The notes: generated by a model not told the origin, from the letters alone. 64,000 bases of DNA from Candidatus Omnitrophota bacterium (GCA_015494465.1 WGBD01000001.1:180477-244476), one strand, 5' to 3'. Positions 48,629 to 58,920 are shown, counted from the stretch's first letter. Translations and numbers: made by a program.

Positions 48629-50005
48629 ATGAAAAGGCGTAAGACACGAGCGAAAACCAAAATCCAGCTATCAAAGCGCAAGATCCGTCAAATGCTCATA
48701 ATTACCGCAATACTTATCGTCCCTCCCTTCATCCTCTGGGGGGTCAGTTCGGTGATAAGAAGCAATCGCAACTACTTCGTAGGCAAGATCGGATCGTGGC
48801 GTATTACCCGTCCACTATGGCGACGGGCCTTGATGCACACCCGGATAGACTACTTACTGAAGACGGGTATTCGAGAGCTTCCGCCTCAAGTCCTTGAGGA
48901 ATTCGCCTGGAATCGGCTCATACAACTTTACGCAAGCAAAAAGCAAAGGATAAAGGTAAGCGACGAGGAGCTGGCCAAATACATACAAAACTTACCCCTT
49001 TTTAAGGACGAAGACGGAAACTTCTCTTTGCAGGCCTACAGGCGGTTTCTAAACGCCATAGGCATCCCAGAAAAGGAATTCGAGGAGACCTTACGCGAGG
49101 ACCTCCTCCTAGAGAAACTCAAACAAAAGGTCTCTGTCAAGGCAACGGTAAGCGAAACTGAAATACAAGACGCATGGACTCGCTCCCAAGAAAAGTTTAA
49201 GTTAAGTTACTATCCGATTAAGTACGAGAAATTTTTGCCTCAGATCTCCATAAGCGAGGAAGAGATACGAGACTACTATTCAAAACACAAAGAGGAGCTG
49301 GTCATTCCCAAAAGGGTATGGCTATCCTTCGTGATAATACCCAAAGATAAAGCCATACCCCATCCTCTGCCCAAGTCTCTGGATGCCTTAGCAAAAGCTA
49401 TAGGAACCGAAGTAAAGAAGATTGGTCCTATTTCCAAAGAAGAAATCGTCCCGGAGATAGGCCTAGAGGAGGACTTCTACTCCTATGCCTTCAACCTCCC
49501 CGAGGGACAACGGAGTCCTTTGTTCACACTTTCTAACGGAAACAGGTGCCTCCTCCAGGTGGATCGCGTTGAAGAGAAGCACATCGGCCGACTGGACGAG
49601 GTCAAAGACCAGATCGTAGAGGCCCTAAAACTCGCAAAGGCAAAGGAACTGGCAAAAAAGGAGGCGAAAAAGCTCCTGCAAAGAGCAGAGGAGTTGAAGT
49701 GGCAGTCCATACAGGAGATCTCCGCGGAGGTCCCGTATTTACCTGAACTGGGCAAGACAGAGACGGTCGTAAAGGTGGTAAAAGAGGCCCTGAAAAAGGG
49801 GAACAAAGTTGCGATCCTACCCAAGGAACGGGCCCTCTACCTCATAAAGATCGAAAGATTTACCCCTGCACCAAAGGAAATACCAGAAGAGGAAAAAGAA
49901 AGGCTCAGACGCGAACTGCTGAAGCGCAAGCAGGCAGAACTTTACCGTCAATTCATACTGGACTTCATCGGCACCACACCCATGCAGAGACAACGCCCAA
50001 AATGA
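48629..50005 (+). CDS. SurA N-terminal domain / PpiD-like periplasmic chaperone
   Basis: N-terminal TM (FILWGV), IKVSDEEL..IQNLPLF, FEETLREDLL, degenerate parvulin-like region. Confidence 0.8.
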   Translation: MKRRKTRAKTKIQLSKRKIRQMLIITAILIVPPFILWGVSSVIRSNRNYFVGKIGSWRITRPLWRRALMHTRIDYLLKTGIRELPPQVLEEFAWNRLIQLYASKKQRIKVSDEELAKYIQNLPLFKDEDGNFSLQAYRRFLNAIGIPEKEFEETLREDLLLEKLKQKVSVKATVSETEIQDAWTRSQEKFKLSYYPIKYEKFLPQISISEEEIRDYYSKHKEELVIPKRVWLSFVIIPKDKAIPHPLPKSLDALAKAIGTEVKKIGPISKEEIVPEIGLEEDFYSYAFNLPEGQRSPLFTLSNGNRCLLQVDRVEEKHIGRLDEVKDQIVEALKLAKAKELAKKEAKKLLQRAEELKWQSIQEISAEVPYLPELGKTETVVKVVKEALKKGNKVAILPKERALYLIKIERFTPAPKEIPEEEKERLRRELLKRKQAELYRQFILDFIGTTPMQRQRPK

Positions 50006-50014
50006 CGGGCCTCA

Positions 50015-51085
50015 TCACCTGCTCATTATCTGGGTGAGGCTAAAAAGCGGGAGGAACATCGCAATTACGATAAAGCCCACCACCACTCCCATAAAGACTA
50101 TGAGAAACGGCTCCAGAAGTGAGGTAAGAGAAGACACCATCAATTCCATCTCCTCCTCGAAGATTTCCGCTACCTGGGAGAGCATCGGAGCCAACTTCCC
50201 GGTTTCCTCCCCAAGACTGATCATCTCCACCACCAACGGCGGGAAAAATCTCACCTGCGTACGAAGATAAGAACTTATCTCATCCCCTTCTTCCACGATA
50301 AATATCAACCGCTGTAGCAATGCCCTATAGACCTCGTTTTCTATGGTCCCCCTGGTTACGCTGATCGCCTCTACGATGGGAACACCGCTGGCCAGAAGCG
50401 TACTAAGGGTCTGGGCAATCCTTCCCACATAGAACCTCTTAAACAACCCTCCTATACCCGGTAATAACAAGATAAATTCATCCATCTTGTAGCGCACCCT
50501 AGGGAACCTTCGCAAGAAGGAAATCAGCCCGAAGACCCCTACGATAAACAGAGCACCGATCCACCAACTCTCGCGTACGAATTGAGAGGCCCCTAATAAC
50601 AGTCGCGTTGGCAAAGGGAGGGCCTCTCCGTATTCGCGAAACATCTTCATGAAAGAAGGCACGACGAATCCCATTATTATCAAAAGGATGACCAAGGCAA
50701 CCAATAGGACGAATACAGGATAGGCCAAGGCAGATATTATCTTCTTTTTGGTGCGATGCTGGTTCTCCAGAAAAGAGGCCAATCGCAAAAATATCTCGTC
50801 CAGAGATCCACTGGCCTCAGCCACCTTTACCATGTTTACATAGTAGACCGGAAAGATGGAAGGATACCTAGCAAGGGCATCCGAGAGCTTGTCACCCTGT
50901 TCGACCTGTACCGCTAGAGAGGCCACGATCCCGGCAAAGGCGCGATTCGTCAGCTGAGAGGAAAGGGTGTGAAGGGCCCGTACCAGTGGGATGCCTGCCC
51001 TCAACATCACCGCCAGCTGGCGGGTAAAATAAATAAGTTGCCCAGCGGGTATCCTGCTGGGCAACTTTAGGAATCGCAGATCCAT
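50015..51085 (-). CDS. pilC: type IV pilus/T2SS inner-membrane platform protein (PilC/GspF family)
   Basis: FTRQLAVMLRAGIPL, EASGSLD, ALAYP, LLASGVPI, GEETGKL, LLEP. Confidence 0.85.
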   Translation of the reverse strand: MDLRFLKLPSRIPAGQLIYFTRQLAVMLRAGIPLVRALHTLSSQLTNRAFAGIVASLAVQVEQGDKLSDALARYPSIFPVYYVNMVKVAEASGSLDEIFLRLASFLENQHRTKKKIISALAYPVFVLLVALVILLIIMGFVVPSFMKMFREYGEALPLPTRLLLGASQFVRESWWIGALFIVGVFGLISFLRRFPRVRYKMDEFILLLPGIGGLFKRFYVGRIAQTLSTLLASGVPIVEAISVTRGTIENEVYRALLQRLIFIVEEGDEISSYLRTQVRFFPPLVVEMISLGEETGKLAPMLSQVAEIFEEEMELMVSSLTSLLEPFLIVFMGVVVGFIVIAMFLPLFSLTQIMSR

Positions 51086-51099
51086 GTCTAAGGGGCGAA

Positions 51100-52365
51100 C
51101 TATCGCACCCTATCTCCAGGCTTTATCTCCTCACTACCGTACAGCTTGATGATGTCTGCTGCACACACGTTGTCCTTTAGCATTCGTACTCTTACCCGCG
51201 CTATCTGTTTATCCCCCCGCAAGACATCGAACTCCATACCCTCTACTACCCCGTCCTTCTTGCCCAGATCTATCACCACGAAGTTGTGCGCCTCGTTAAC
51301 GCTCAGGATCTTGCCCTCCAGCTTCAACCCCGTATTCACCACCTTCTCCTCAGCCACGGCCGATCCCGACTTGGCTGAACCCACTACTATCGGAGGCAGG
51401 TCTACGACCTGGCTCTTAGCCAACGACTTGGAGGAAGTAGCCTGCATGTCCTTCATCTTCTCCGCCAAGGTCAAGATCTGATCTATGCTCTCGCGCACCG
51501 CGGTATCCATGTCCTCAAGATACCGCTTTAGCAGTTCCTTTTCCTCCTCTGTCTTCGATAGCCTTTTCTCTAGGTAAGTCTCCGACTTGGTGAGCTTTAT
51601 CACCTTATCCTTTATCAGACGGTTCTCTTGCTCCATCTTGTCCAATATCTCCTTCATGGCTCTACGATTCTCTTTCTCTTTTACGAAGTCGCGGGAGAGG
51701 ATGGCCAACATCCTACGGGCATAGTTCAACTGACGCTCAAGCTCCTTGTTTTTCAACTCGGTCTGGGCAAGCTTTATCTCTAGCTCTAACTTCTTTTGTA
51801 AGGCCTCTTTCCTCTCGACCTCTTTCTTGCGAAGCTGATTCTCCAATTCCTCGACCTTGGCCTCGAGCTCTGCCTTTTTCTGAACCACATCTGCCCAGAA
51901 TGGGTCAGCCTCTAGACCCGAAGGGCTAACCTCAGAAGACACCTTACGCTTAGGCCTGCTCTTCAGATCCTCCAGCTCCTCTTTCAGATCCGCCAGCTCC
52001 TCGACCTTCTTCTCGTACTTCTCTCGCAAGTCCTCTAGATCCTCTTGGAGAGCGGTCTTCTCTTTAGCCAGGGAATTGTACTTCTCCTCCAGGTCCTTTT
52101 TCTCCAACTTGAGGGACATTATCTGCCTCTTGTAGCTCTGGATGTCCTTCTTTACCTTCTGGAGTTCCTCACTGATCTTTTTCTTCTCTTGTTCCACTGC
52201 CTGTTTCTGACGGGCGAGTTCGGATATCTTGGCCTCGTATTGGCGACGCTGGGAAAGGAGTCGGGCATGCTCGTTCCGATAATCCATGTAGAACTTGATG
52301 CTGATGCCACCTAGCGCTAGGACTAGCAAAAGGAAAAGAACTATTACTAACTTGACTCTTTCCAT
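51100..52365 (-). CDS. membrane-anchored coiled-coil protein with C-terminal small beta-barrel (FlgT C-terminal-like)
   Basis: N-terminal TM, long E/K/L heptads, GKILSVN..FVVIDLG..DGV..G..F.V.RG C-terminus. Confidence 0.7.
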   Translation of the reverse strand: MERVKLVIVLFLLLVLALGGISIKFYMDYRNEHARLLSQRRQYEAKISELARQKQAVEQEKKKISEELQKVKKDIQSYKRQIMSLKLEKKDLEEKYNSLAKEKTALQEDLEDLREKYEKKVEELADLKEELEDLKSRPKRKVSSEVSPSGLEADPFWADVVQKKAELEAKVEELENQLRKKEVERKEALQKKLELEIKLAQTELKNKELERQLNYARRMLAILSRDFVKEKENRRAMKEILDKMEQENRLIKDKVIKLTKSETYLEKRLSKTEEEKELLKRYLEDMDTAVRESIDQILTLAEKMKDMQATSSKSLAKSQVVDLPPIVVGSAKSGSAVAEEKVVNTGLKLEGKILSVNEAHNFVVIDLGKKDGVVEGMEFDVLRGDKQIARVRVRMLKDNVCAADIIKLYGSEEIKPGDRVR

Positions 52366-52440
52366 TTACGCCCCCCTTTTCCCTCTCCTTTTAACGGCGG
52401 AACCTAAAACTGCCCTCCCTTTACCTCGGTTTGCGCCTCT

Positions 52441-52469
52441 ATTATAACTTAAAGATCACAGTTGGGCAA
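52441..52469 (-). promoter_or_regulatory. putative sigma70 promoter for the coiled-coil and pilC genes
   Basis: TTGCCC-17 bp-TATAAT overlapping the ROK 3' end. Confidence 0.45.
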
Positions 52470-53676
52470 AGACATTTCTCATAACGAGGCTAGCAGCCCC
52501 TAAGGCGACCGCATTTTCCCCTAACCGCGAAGGCATTATCCTAGCCACTGAGGCCATCTCGTGAAAGGCCCAGGAATCCACCACCTCTCGCACGGTATCT
52601 ATTAGCTCACTCCCTAGCCTCTCTATCCCCCCTCCGACGACTACCACCTGAGGATTGAGCAAGTTCACCAACAAAGCGCACTTCAGGCCTAGACACCTGG
52701 CCTTCTCTCTTACCACATCTCTCACCAAGGGATCCCCTTGCTTCATGGCCTCCACGACGAGATCGAAGGTAATCTTATCCTTGTTCCCCTCGCAGAGAGT
52801 CATCAGGGGGGTAATGTCCTCCCGCTTTATCTGGAGCCTTTTCTTCAACTCCCTCACTATACCCATGTCCGAATCAGGACGCCCCAGAAAACAGGAATCC
52901 TTGGCCACTGCACTTTGTTCGGGGTTGTAAAGCGTAAGTTCTCCTGCGCATCCACTGCTTCCCCTGTATAGGTCGCCTCCTAGTATCATCCCACAGCCCA
53001 CACCGGAAAACAGGTATATCAGATTCTCTACCGAGGAGTCCATGTAGAACCAATACTCACCAAAGGCAGCTACGGTGGCGTCGTTCTCGACCAGCGTGGG
53101 CAGGTTGAACTCCCTCTCTATGTACTCCTTCAAAGGCACGTATATCGAGACATACTCGTACTCGTCTTCGGAGATCCTCTCGGGCCACTTTATAGCCCCG
53201 CTCTGCCTATCCACTATCCCACCTATCCCTATCCCAATCCCCTTTATCTTGGACTTATCTCCCTCGAACTTCTCCAATACCTCCCTGACCAGGTCCTTTA
53301 TGGTGGCAACGATGTCCCTTATCTGCATCTTATCAGGAGTGCGTTTGGCCTGAGAGAGGATCTGACCGTCTATGTTGGTCAGGACCGCAGTGAGGTTATT
53401 CATGTTGACCCCAACCCCTATCACATAGCTGGCATCGGGATTCAGGTCCAACAGCACCGGGCGCCTACCACCCTGGGAGATGTCCAGCTCCTTCTCCACC
53501 ACGAAGTCGTTCTCTAGAAAGTGGTTGATGTAGTTGGTCACGGTAACCACATTTAAACCGACCATGTTGGAGATCTCGGCCTTGGTGAGTGGACCGGCCT
53601 TGCGCAGTGTCTCCAAGATGGCCACATTACGCCTGGCGCGTTCGTTAAAGCGAGTTACCTCTTTTAGAGAATCCAT
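52456..53676 (-). CDS. ROK family transcriptional regulator (NagC/XylR-like)
   Basis: N-terminal wHTH with GGRRP; GIGIGIGG, VENDATVAAFGE, GVGCG, GCAGE, NLLNPQVVVVGG. Confidence 0.92.
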   Translation of the reverse strand: MDSLKEVTRFNERARRNVAILETLRKAGPLTKAEISNMVGLNVVTVTNYINHFLENDFVVEKELDISQGGRRPVLLDLNPDASYVIGVGVNMNNLTAVLTNIDGQILSQAKRTPDKMQIRDIVATIKDLVREVLEKFEGDKSKIKGIGIGIGGIVDRQSGAIKWPERISEDEYEYVSIYVPLKEYIEREFNLPTLVENDATVAAFGEYWFYMDSSVENLIYLFSGVGCGMILGGDLYRGSSGCAGELTLYNPEQSAVAKDSCFLGRPDSDMGIVRELKKRLQIKREDITPLMTLCEGNKDKITFDLVVEAMKQGDPLVRDVVREKARCLGLKCALLVNLLNPQVVVVGGGIERLGSELIDTVREVVDSWAFHEMASVARIMPSRLGENAVALGAASLVMRNVFAQL

Positions 53677-53724
53677 ACCACCGCTCCTTGATTAACCTAT
53701 CTCGTCCCCCATTTACGCACCTTT

Positions 53725-53753
53725 ATTTTACAACAAAACCGAATATATGTTAA
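53725..53753 (-). promoter_or_regulatory. putative promoter for the ROK gene
   Basis: TTAACA-17 bp-TAAAAT in an AT-rich intergenic region. Confidence 0.45.
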
Positions 53754-53769
53754 AAAGTTTTTGACCAAA

Positions 53770-56355
53770 TTAAAAATCTTTCTCGTAGACCAATCTAAAG
53801 AGGTGCTGAGTATCCACTGCGGAGAGGTGCCAATAAGTAGGATCCAGATAATTGGCATATTCTCCCCACATAAATCTCAGGTGCTGATCCTCCCTTATCT
53901 CCCAGGACAGGCCCAAGAAGAAGTTGTGGTGATCGTCGTAATCCAGTCGGCGAGTCTGGTTATACTCGTAGAGATCGTACATCCTACTGTAGACATAGCT
54001 GAACCACAATTGGAGAGAGGGGGTAAGGTCGTATACGAGATCCAGGCCTAAGTGATTCACATTGTCGTCTATCCCAGTGGCGAACTTGTTCTCGTTCCTA
54101 GTAAAACTACCCCTCACCTCTAGCCACTCTACGGGCCTCCAGGAAAGTTTTACCCGGAAGATGTCGTAATAATCGTAGGGGGGAAGGCCAAAGATATCTT
54201 GGTCGTAGAGAAACGGCACCATGGCATCCCACAGTATCCCATCCCTGCTCACATCCGTGACATAGGTGTCGTAGAAGAGAAGCCGAGGGAAGTCCATGGG
54301 ATCGTTAGTCCTCTCCCAGATCCCCTCTAGGTTCAACTTTTCATCTCCCACTCGTATACCACCCGAGAAGTGACCTATAGAAGGATCCTCTCCTTCGGAG
54401 ATGGAGTTATTCTGAAGACATTCCACCTGTCCGCTGTAGTAATCGCTGAGCGCATACACATTATCCGCCAATAGAAGGGGATCCTTACCCGCCTTGGTAT
54501 CTGGCAAGAACTTATACCAAAACAATCCCCTCACCGCTATCCAATCCTTCGGTCTGCAACCGAGCTCAGCCCGAACGAGGGTCTCAACTTCATCCCCAGA
54601 ATCCGTATCGACCTTGCGCAGGTAGAAGTCGTAATCCCAACGAGGGAAAAGTCCTTTCGAATAGATCCCAAAGACCCTACGCCCCCGCTCCATACCGTCC
54701 CCATAGGCCAGGTAATAGTCGGCGGTAATCTCTTCGGGGAGGGGATCGAAGTAGAGATGTTTGGTGCGCTCTTCCTCTTTACGGGTATAGCGATAGTTAG
54801 AGAGCCCGGGGTTAAAGGTGTCGTCCATGTAGGCCCCGTAGGCACCGACCACCTGCCGTTTAGGTATCGGCCACCACTCAAATCCTCCTGCGTAGGCGTA
54901 TCCGTGGAAGCTATTCAGGAAGCCGTTCGCCTCACTTATCCTCGTCCAACTGTAACCTATCTCTCCCTTCAAACTAACCCCCTCGTAGCAAGGGAGGAGC
55001 AGATCTACCGCAATGGTATCGTTCTTTGCCTCTAGGTGCTCGTCTGCGTCGAATCCACGCTTCCCGGTGTAGGTAAGGCCCACGAATCCCCCCGGGAAGG
55101 AATCCAGATCCAGCTTCCACCTGCTTGCCATCTCCCCGCTGTTGAGATCGGTCCAGTCGTCCCACAGGGTCATAGGGAAGGCGAGCACCGTCTCCGACTC
55201 CCAAAAGTCCCCGTATAAGGCGAGCCTGGCCCCTCTCAGATAGGTCAATCTATTCCAATCGCTATCCCTCACATAGGCGGATATGTTCCGGACCCACTTG
55301 CCACCTTTAAGGGGATTCCCCGAGCGTGCAAACACCCTGCTGGGATCGTAGGTATCTATCCATGGGCTCTCCTCCCACGGCCTCTTGTTGTTGGAGAGCC
55401 TCAAAGGATCGTCAGAAGTCAAGGCCTGAGATTGATCGCTTATCGGGAAGAGCTTGAATTCATAGAAGTCGTTCGCCCAGGCCACCCAAAGGTCTCTTAT
55501 CAGGTTCCAGCGAGTGTGTACCTTTTCTCCACCTATAGGCTCAAAGTAGGTGTACCAATCGTACAGGCCCTCCGGGGTATAAGGGGATAGCCTACCGTGG
55601 TTGACCTTTATCTCGTCGAAGTTCAAGACATTTCCGTACTTCGTCCGGAAGATCTCGTTCATCGTCCTTCCCGTTGCGTAGATGTACTTAAGCCTCACAT
55701 CCGCTTCGTCTCCCCCTGCAGTGGCCTCCACATGCACATCTACATCACCCACATAGGACCAAGGATCCAAGACGAACTTGGTGTAGAATTCCGGGCCCTT
55801 CCCGGTACTATGCAGTTCCAATTGCAGTCGATCGTAGACCTTCGGATCGAAGGTGTTCTCCCTCTCATCACCCCAAAGATAGCGCCAGGACTTCTCGTAA
55901 GGGACCGACTCCTTGTCTGGATTGGCGTACTTCCAAAGCAGGTCTCCATCCGATTCCATCGCCACCGCCATTCTTACCCTACCCTTTACCTCCAACCAAG
56001 GGCCCTTCGTCTTGCCTTCCTTGGGACACGCCTTAACCAAATTTTCTTTATCCCCTTCCCGATCCAAAAGGGCCTGGGCCATTGCCAACTCCCTTTGCTG
56101 GTCAGGACAAAGTCGTCCCTGGGCCGACAACAGGTTTCCATAACTGACCAGCTCTTCGTTCCAACATCCTCGCTTAGCCAGAAGTGAAAACTCCACCTGG
56201 GCCCTCTTCCAGTCCTTATTTGCTATTGCCCGTCTTAAACCATCTATTTGGCAGGCATCGGGTCCGGAGGCCATTAGGCCGAAAGGAGAGGACAGAGACA
56301 CCAGAAAAGAGATAAATGCGAACACACGAACACGGAAAGCAATCGCCCCCCGCAT
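53770..56355 (-). CDS. putative outer-membrane beta-barrel protein, function unknown
   Basis: Signal peptide, aromatic-rich alternating strands, C-terminal FRLVYEKDF (BAM-type terminal Phe). Confidence 0.65.
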   Translation of the reverse strand: MRGAIAFRVRVFAFISFLVSLSSPFGLMASGPDACQIDGLRRAIANKDWKRAQVEFSLLAKRGCWNEELVSYGNLLSAQGRLCPDQQRELAMAQALLDREGDKENLVKACPKEGKTKGPWLEVKGRVRMAVAMESDGDLLWKYANPDKESVPYEKSWRYLWGDERENTFDPKVYDRLQLELHSTGKGPEFYTKFVLDPWSYVGDVDVHVEATAGGDEADVRLKYIYATGRTMNEIFRTKYGNVLNFDEIKVNHGRLSPYTPEGLYDWYTYFEPIGGEKVHTRWNLIRDLWVAWANDFYEFKLFPISDQSQALTSDDPLRLSNNKRPWEESPWIDTYDPSRVFARSGNPLKGGKWVRNISAYVRDSDWNRLTYLRGARLALYGDFWESETVLAFPMTLWDDWTDLNSGEMASRWKLDLDSFPGGFVGLTYTGKRGFDADEHLEAKNDTIAVDLLLPCYEGVSLKGEIGYSWTRISEANGFLNSFHGYAYAGGFEWWPIPKRQVVGAYGAYMDDTFNPGLSNYRYTRKEEERTKHLYFDPLPEEITADYYLAYGDGMERGRRVFGIYSKGLFPRWDYDFYLRKVDTDSGDEVETLVRAELGCRPKDWIAVRGLFWYKFLPDTKAGKDPLLLADNVYALSDYYSGQVECLQNNSISEGEDPSIGHFSGGIRVGDEKLNLEGIWERTNDPMDFPRLLFYDTYVTDVSRDGILWDAMVPFLYDQDIFGLPPYDYYDIFRVKLSWRPVEWLEVRGSFTRNENKFATGIDDNVNHLGLDLVYDLTPSLQLWFSYVYSRMYDLYEYNQTRRLDYDDHHNFFLGLSWEIREDQHLRFMWGEYANYLDPTYWHLSAVDTQHLFRLVYEKDF

Positions 56356-56404
56356 AAAACTCGAATACCCCCCTTTTATAGCCCCAGAGATCTACAGCGA
56401 ACGA

Positions 56405-57691
56405 TCAATCGACCAGACTACCCAGCTCCTTTTCTTTCTCTGCCATAGTGGGCGAGGTCCACAGCGTCTTCAACACATAAAAGCTCTTCCTCGGCTTGCG
56501 TATGTTCCAACCGTGCCGGGGATCCTTCTTCCTAGAGATTGCGATTAATCCCCACCACTCTTCGTTCATGTTCAGGTTGTGATCACAGGCGATGTCGTGA
56601 TAATATCCACCGCAGGACCAATCTCCCTTCTTGTCGTGTCGCCACCAGCTCTTTGGGTCGAACACATTGCTCTTCCACCACTCGTCCGTCCACTCAAAGA
56701 CTATCCCCCCCACGACATTTCCTCTGCCCGTACCCACCGCAAGGTTCCTCTCTATCTCTTTCCACAAGGCGGCTATGTACTCCGCTTGGATGTCCTCGTT
56801 CTCTTGCATGTGCAGGGCATCGAACGCGTCTGCTCCAAACTCCATCACGAAAAATGGCTTCCGGGGACAATACCTGGCCACATCTCTCCACACATGCCCA
56901 AAGCTCTTGCCAGTAAACAGGTTTAGTCCCAAGATGTCTATGTGCTTGCAGATCCTACCCGCCACCTCCAATCCTCGCGTACCACCGTTACCCATGGCCA
57001 CCAACCTGTCGGGATCTATCCGCTTTATCTCCTTGGCCAGGGAGTCTACGAAGGAGTAATATATCTCCGCCTGCCGTTCCCTCCGACGAGCAGGGTCCCT
57101 GATCTCCAAAAGTTCCTTAGTAATCCAGGGATTCACATTCTCGGGGCCAAAAGAATAATTATTCTCGTTGCCCAACACCCACATGATGATGCCAGGCTCG
57201 TTTTTCAAGGCCTTGACCATCCGCAGGACATCCCGGCGGACCTTCCGGCGGAACTTTGGGTCCCCGTAATTGGGGTTGTCCCAAAACCCCAGCCAGTGCC
57301 CCATTATGGTGTAGATCCCGTACTCTTTATAGAGCTTGTGGATAAACCTCTTGGTGGCCTTTATGTCCTTGCTAGGCTGGTAGAATCGGACCACATTTGC
57401 TCCCAATTCCTTCAATAGAGGGCCATCAACATCCAATATGGAGGGATGGGCAAAGATGTCGAACTGCCAGTTCTTCCCAATCGGTATAGGCTGATAGACC
57501 ACCCCCCGGATGATAAACGGTTTACCGTACACATACAAAACGCACCCTTTGGAGGTATGTTTTATCTCGGAGATAGCCGAATTACCGACTAGCCCAAGGG
57601 GAAATAGGAATAAAAATAACACGAGGGCCCTAACCAGGGCCCTCGCTCCGTTCAAACGCGAACTATCGGATAACCTATTATTCACCCTCAT
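56405..57691 (-). CDS. secreted clan GH-A glycoside hydrolase (GH2-TIM/GH158-like; possible beta-1,3-glucanase)
   Basis: IRGVVYQP, GANVVRFY, WVLGNENN (acid/base), FVMEFG (nucleophile), GGIVFEWTDEWWK, EEWWGL. Confidence 0.75.
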   Translation of the reverse strand: MRVNNRLSDSSRLNGARALVRALVLFLFLFPLGLVGNSAISEIKHTSKGCVLYVYGKPFIIRGVVYQPIPIGKNWQFDIFAHPSILDVDGPLLKELGANVVRFYQPSKDIKATKRFIHKLYKEYGIYTIMGHWLGFWDNPNYGDPKFRRKVRRDVLRMVKALKNEPGIIMWVLGNENNYSFGPENVNPWITKELLEIRDPARRRERQAEIYYSFVDSLAKEIKRIDPDRLVAMGNGGTRGLEVAGRICKHIDILGLNLFTGKSFGHVWRDVARYCPRKPFFVMEFGADAFDALHMQENEDIQAEYIAALWKEIERNLAVGTGRGNVVGGIVFEWTDEWWKSNVFDPKSWWRHDKKGDWSCGGYYHDIACDHNLNMNEEWWGLIAISRKKDPRHGWNIRKPRKSFYVLKTLWTSPTMAEKEKELGSLVD

Positions 57692-58841
57692 AGATTATGT
57701 CGTCTAGATAAAAGGTGCAACCGTTGGGATTCACATCCATGTTGGTCACCCAGCAGAAACCACCTATGATGTAGGACATGTCCTTTCCGGAGAGGTCTAT
57801 AGTGTACTTCTTCCATTCCTTGGTCAAGACTATGGGACCTATTTCAGCGCTGTCGGAATCGGAATACTTGTCCTGGATACCTCCAACCTTGAACGCCTCT
57901 ATCCTCTCTCCGCCTTTTTCTCCTCTGGCCCAGAAGGTGAGTTTCTTGGCCTTGCTCAGGTCGTAACCTGCGTCTATCTTTCCCCAGTTGTTGGCCGGCT
58001 CGAGCCAATACACCCCAGCCCAACGGGCACCCCTGGAACCCTGAGCAGTGTAGGTGAACTTTATACAGGTGTCCCCACTGTGAGGATCCTCCTCACAGGC
58101 ATCGTCCATCTTTATGTCGCTATAATCCCCCATGAACCCAGAAGGTACGAAGTGATTCTTTAAGGATCTCTTGTCGATGTAGACCGCAAACGGCATAGGC
58201 TCCGGACCTTTGACCTCCGCCTTGAGAGTGGGATCGTATTCGTAACGGATGTCGTCAAGGTAGAAGGTCGCACCGTCGGGATTTTGACCTGCCTGCAGTA
58301 CGAAGGCAAATCCACCGCTGATGTAGGACAGATCCTTGCCAGCCAGGTTTATCTCGTACCTCTGCCACTCGTCGCTAAGCTGGATAGGACCGATGGATAC
58401 CTCGGTGGAATCCGGGTAGAGCCCCTTGATCCCCCCTACCATAAACTTGGCTACTATCTCGTCCCCGTATTCACCTTTTGCCCAGAAGGTCAACTTGTTC
58501 ATCGAAGAGAGATCGTAACCTCCTAGCTTGGTCCCCCAGTTGTTGGGTGGGTTCTGCCAATATACGCCAGCCCATCCCTGCCCTTGGGACTTGTCAGCGG
58601 TGTAGACTACCTGGATGCAGGTCTTCCCAGAATGGACATCCTCGGTGTAGGCATCGTTGATCCGGATGTCTCCGTAATCGCCCATGTAACCAGACGGCAC
58701 ATAATGGTTGCTAGGATCACCCTTATCCGTATAGACATTAAAGACCTTGCCTTCAGGAATCTTTATCCCCTGGGGCTTCTCAGCGTAAACCACACCACCC
58801 AACCCAAGGCACAGCACCGCAAACGCCAGCAATCTCCGCAT
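57678..58841 (-). CDS. secreted protein of two tandem CBM-like (galactose-binding-fold) domains
   Basis: Signal peptide; two ~170-aa repeats sharing PSG.MGD, WAGVYW..P.NNWG, YDLS, LTFWA.GE, FYLDDI. Confidence 0.75.
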   Translation of the reverse strand: MRRLLAFAVLCLGLGGVVYAEKPQGIKIPEGKVFNVYTDKGDPSNHYVPSGYMGDYGDIRINDAYTEDVHSGKTCIQVVYTADKSQGQGWAGVYWQNPPNNWGTKLGGYDLSSMNKLTFWAKGEYGDEIVAKFMVGGIKGLYPDSTEVSIGPIQLSDEWQRYEINLAGKDLSYISGGFAFVLQAGQNPDGATFYLDDIRYEYDPTLKAEVKGPEPMPFAVYIDKRSLKNHFVPSGFMGDYSDIKMDDACEEDPHSGDTCIKFTYTAQGSRGARWAGVYWLEPANNWGKIDAGYDLSKAKKLTFWARGEKGGERIEAFKVGGIQDKYSDSDSAEIGPIVLTKEWKKYTIDLSGKDMSYIIGGFCWVTNMDVNPNGCTFYLDDIIYEGE

Positions 58842-58891
58842 ATCAGCACCTCCTCTTTCTTCCCGTCACTCTACCGACTTCCTAATTTAAC

Positions 58892-58920
58892 ATTCTATCC
58901 CAATCTCCTCTGAAAGTCAA
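58892..58920 (-). promoter_or_regulatory. sigma70-like promoter for the CBM-GH-barrel genes
   Basis: TTGACT-17 bp-TAGAAT. Confidence 0.65.
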
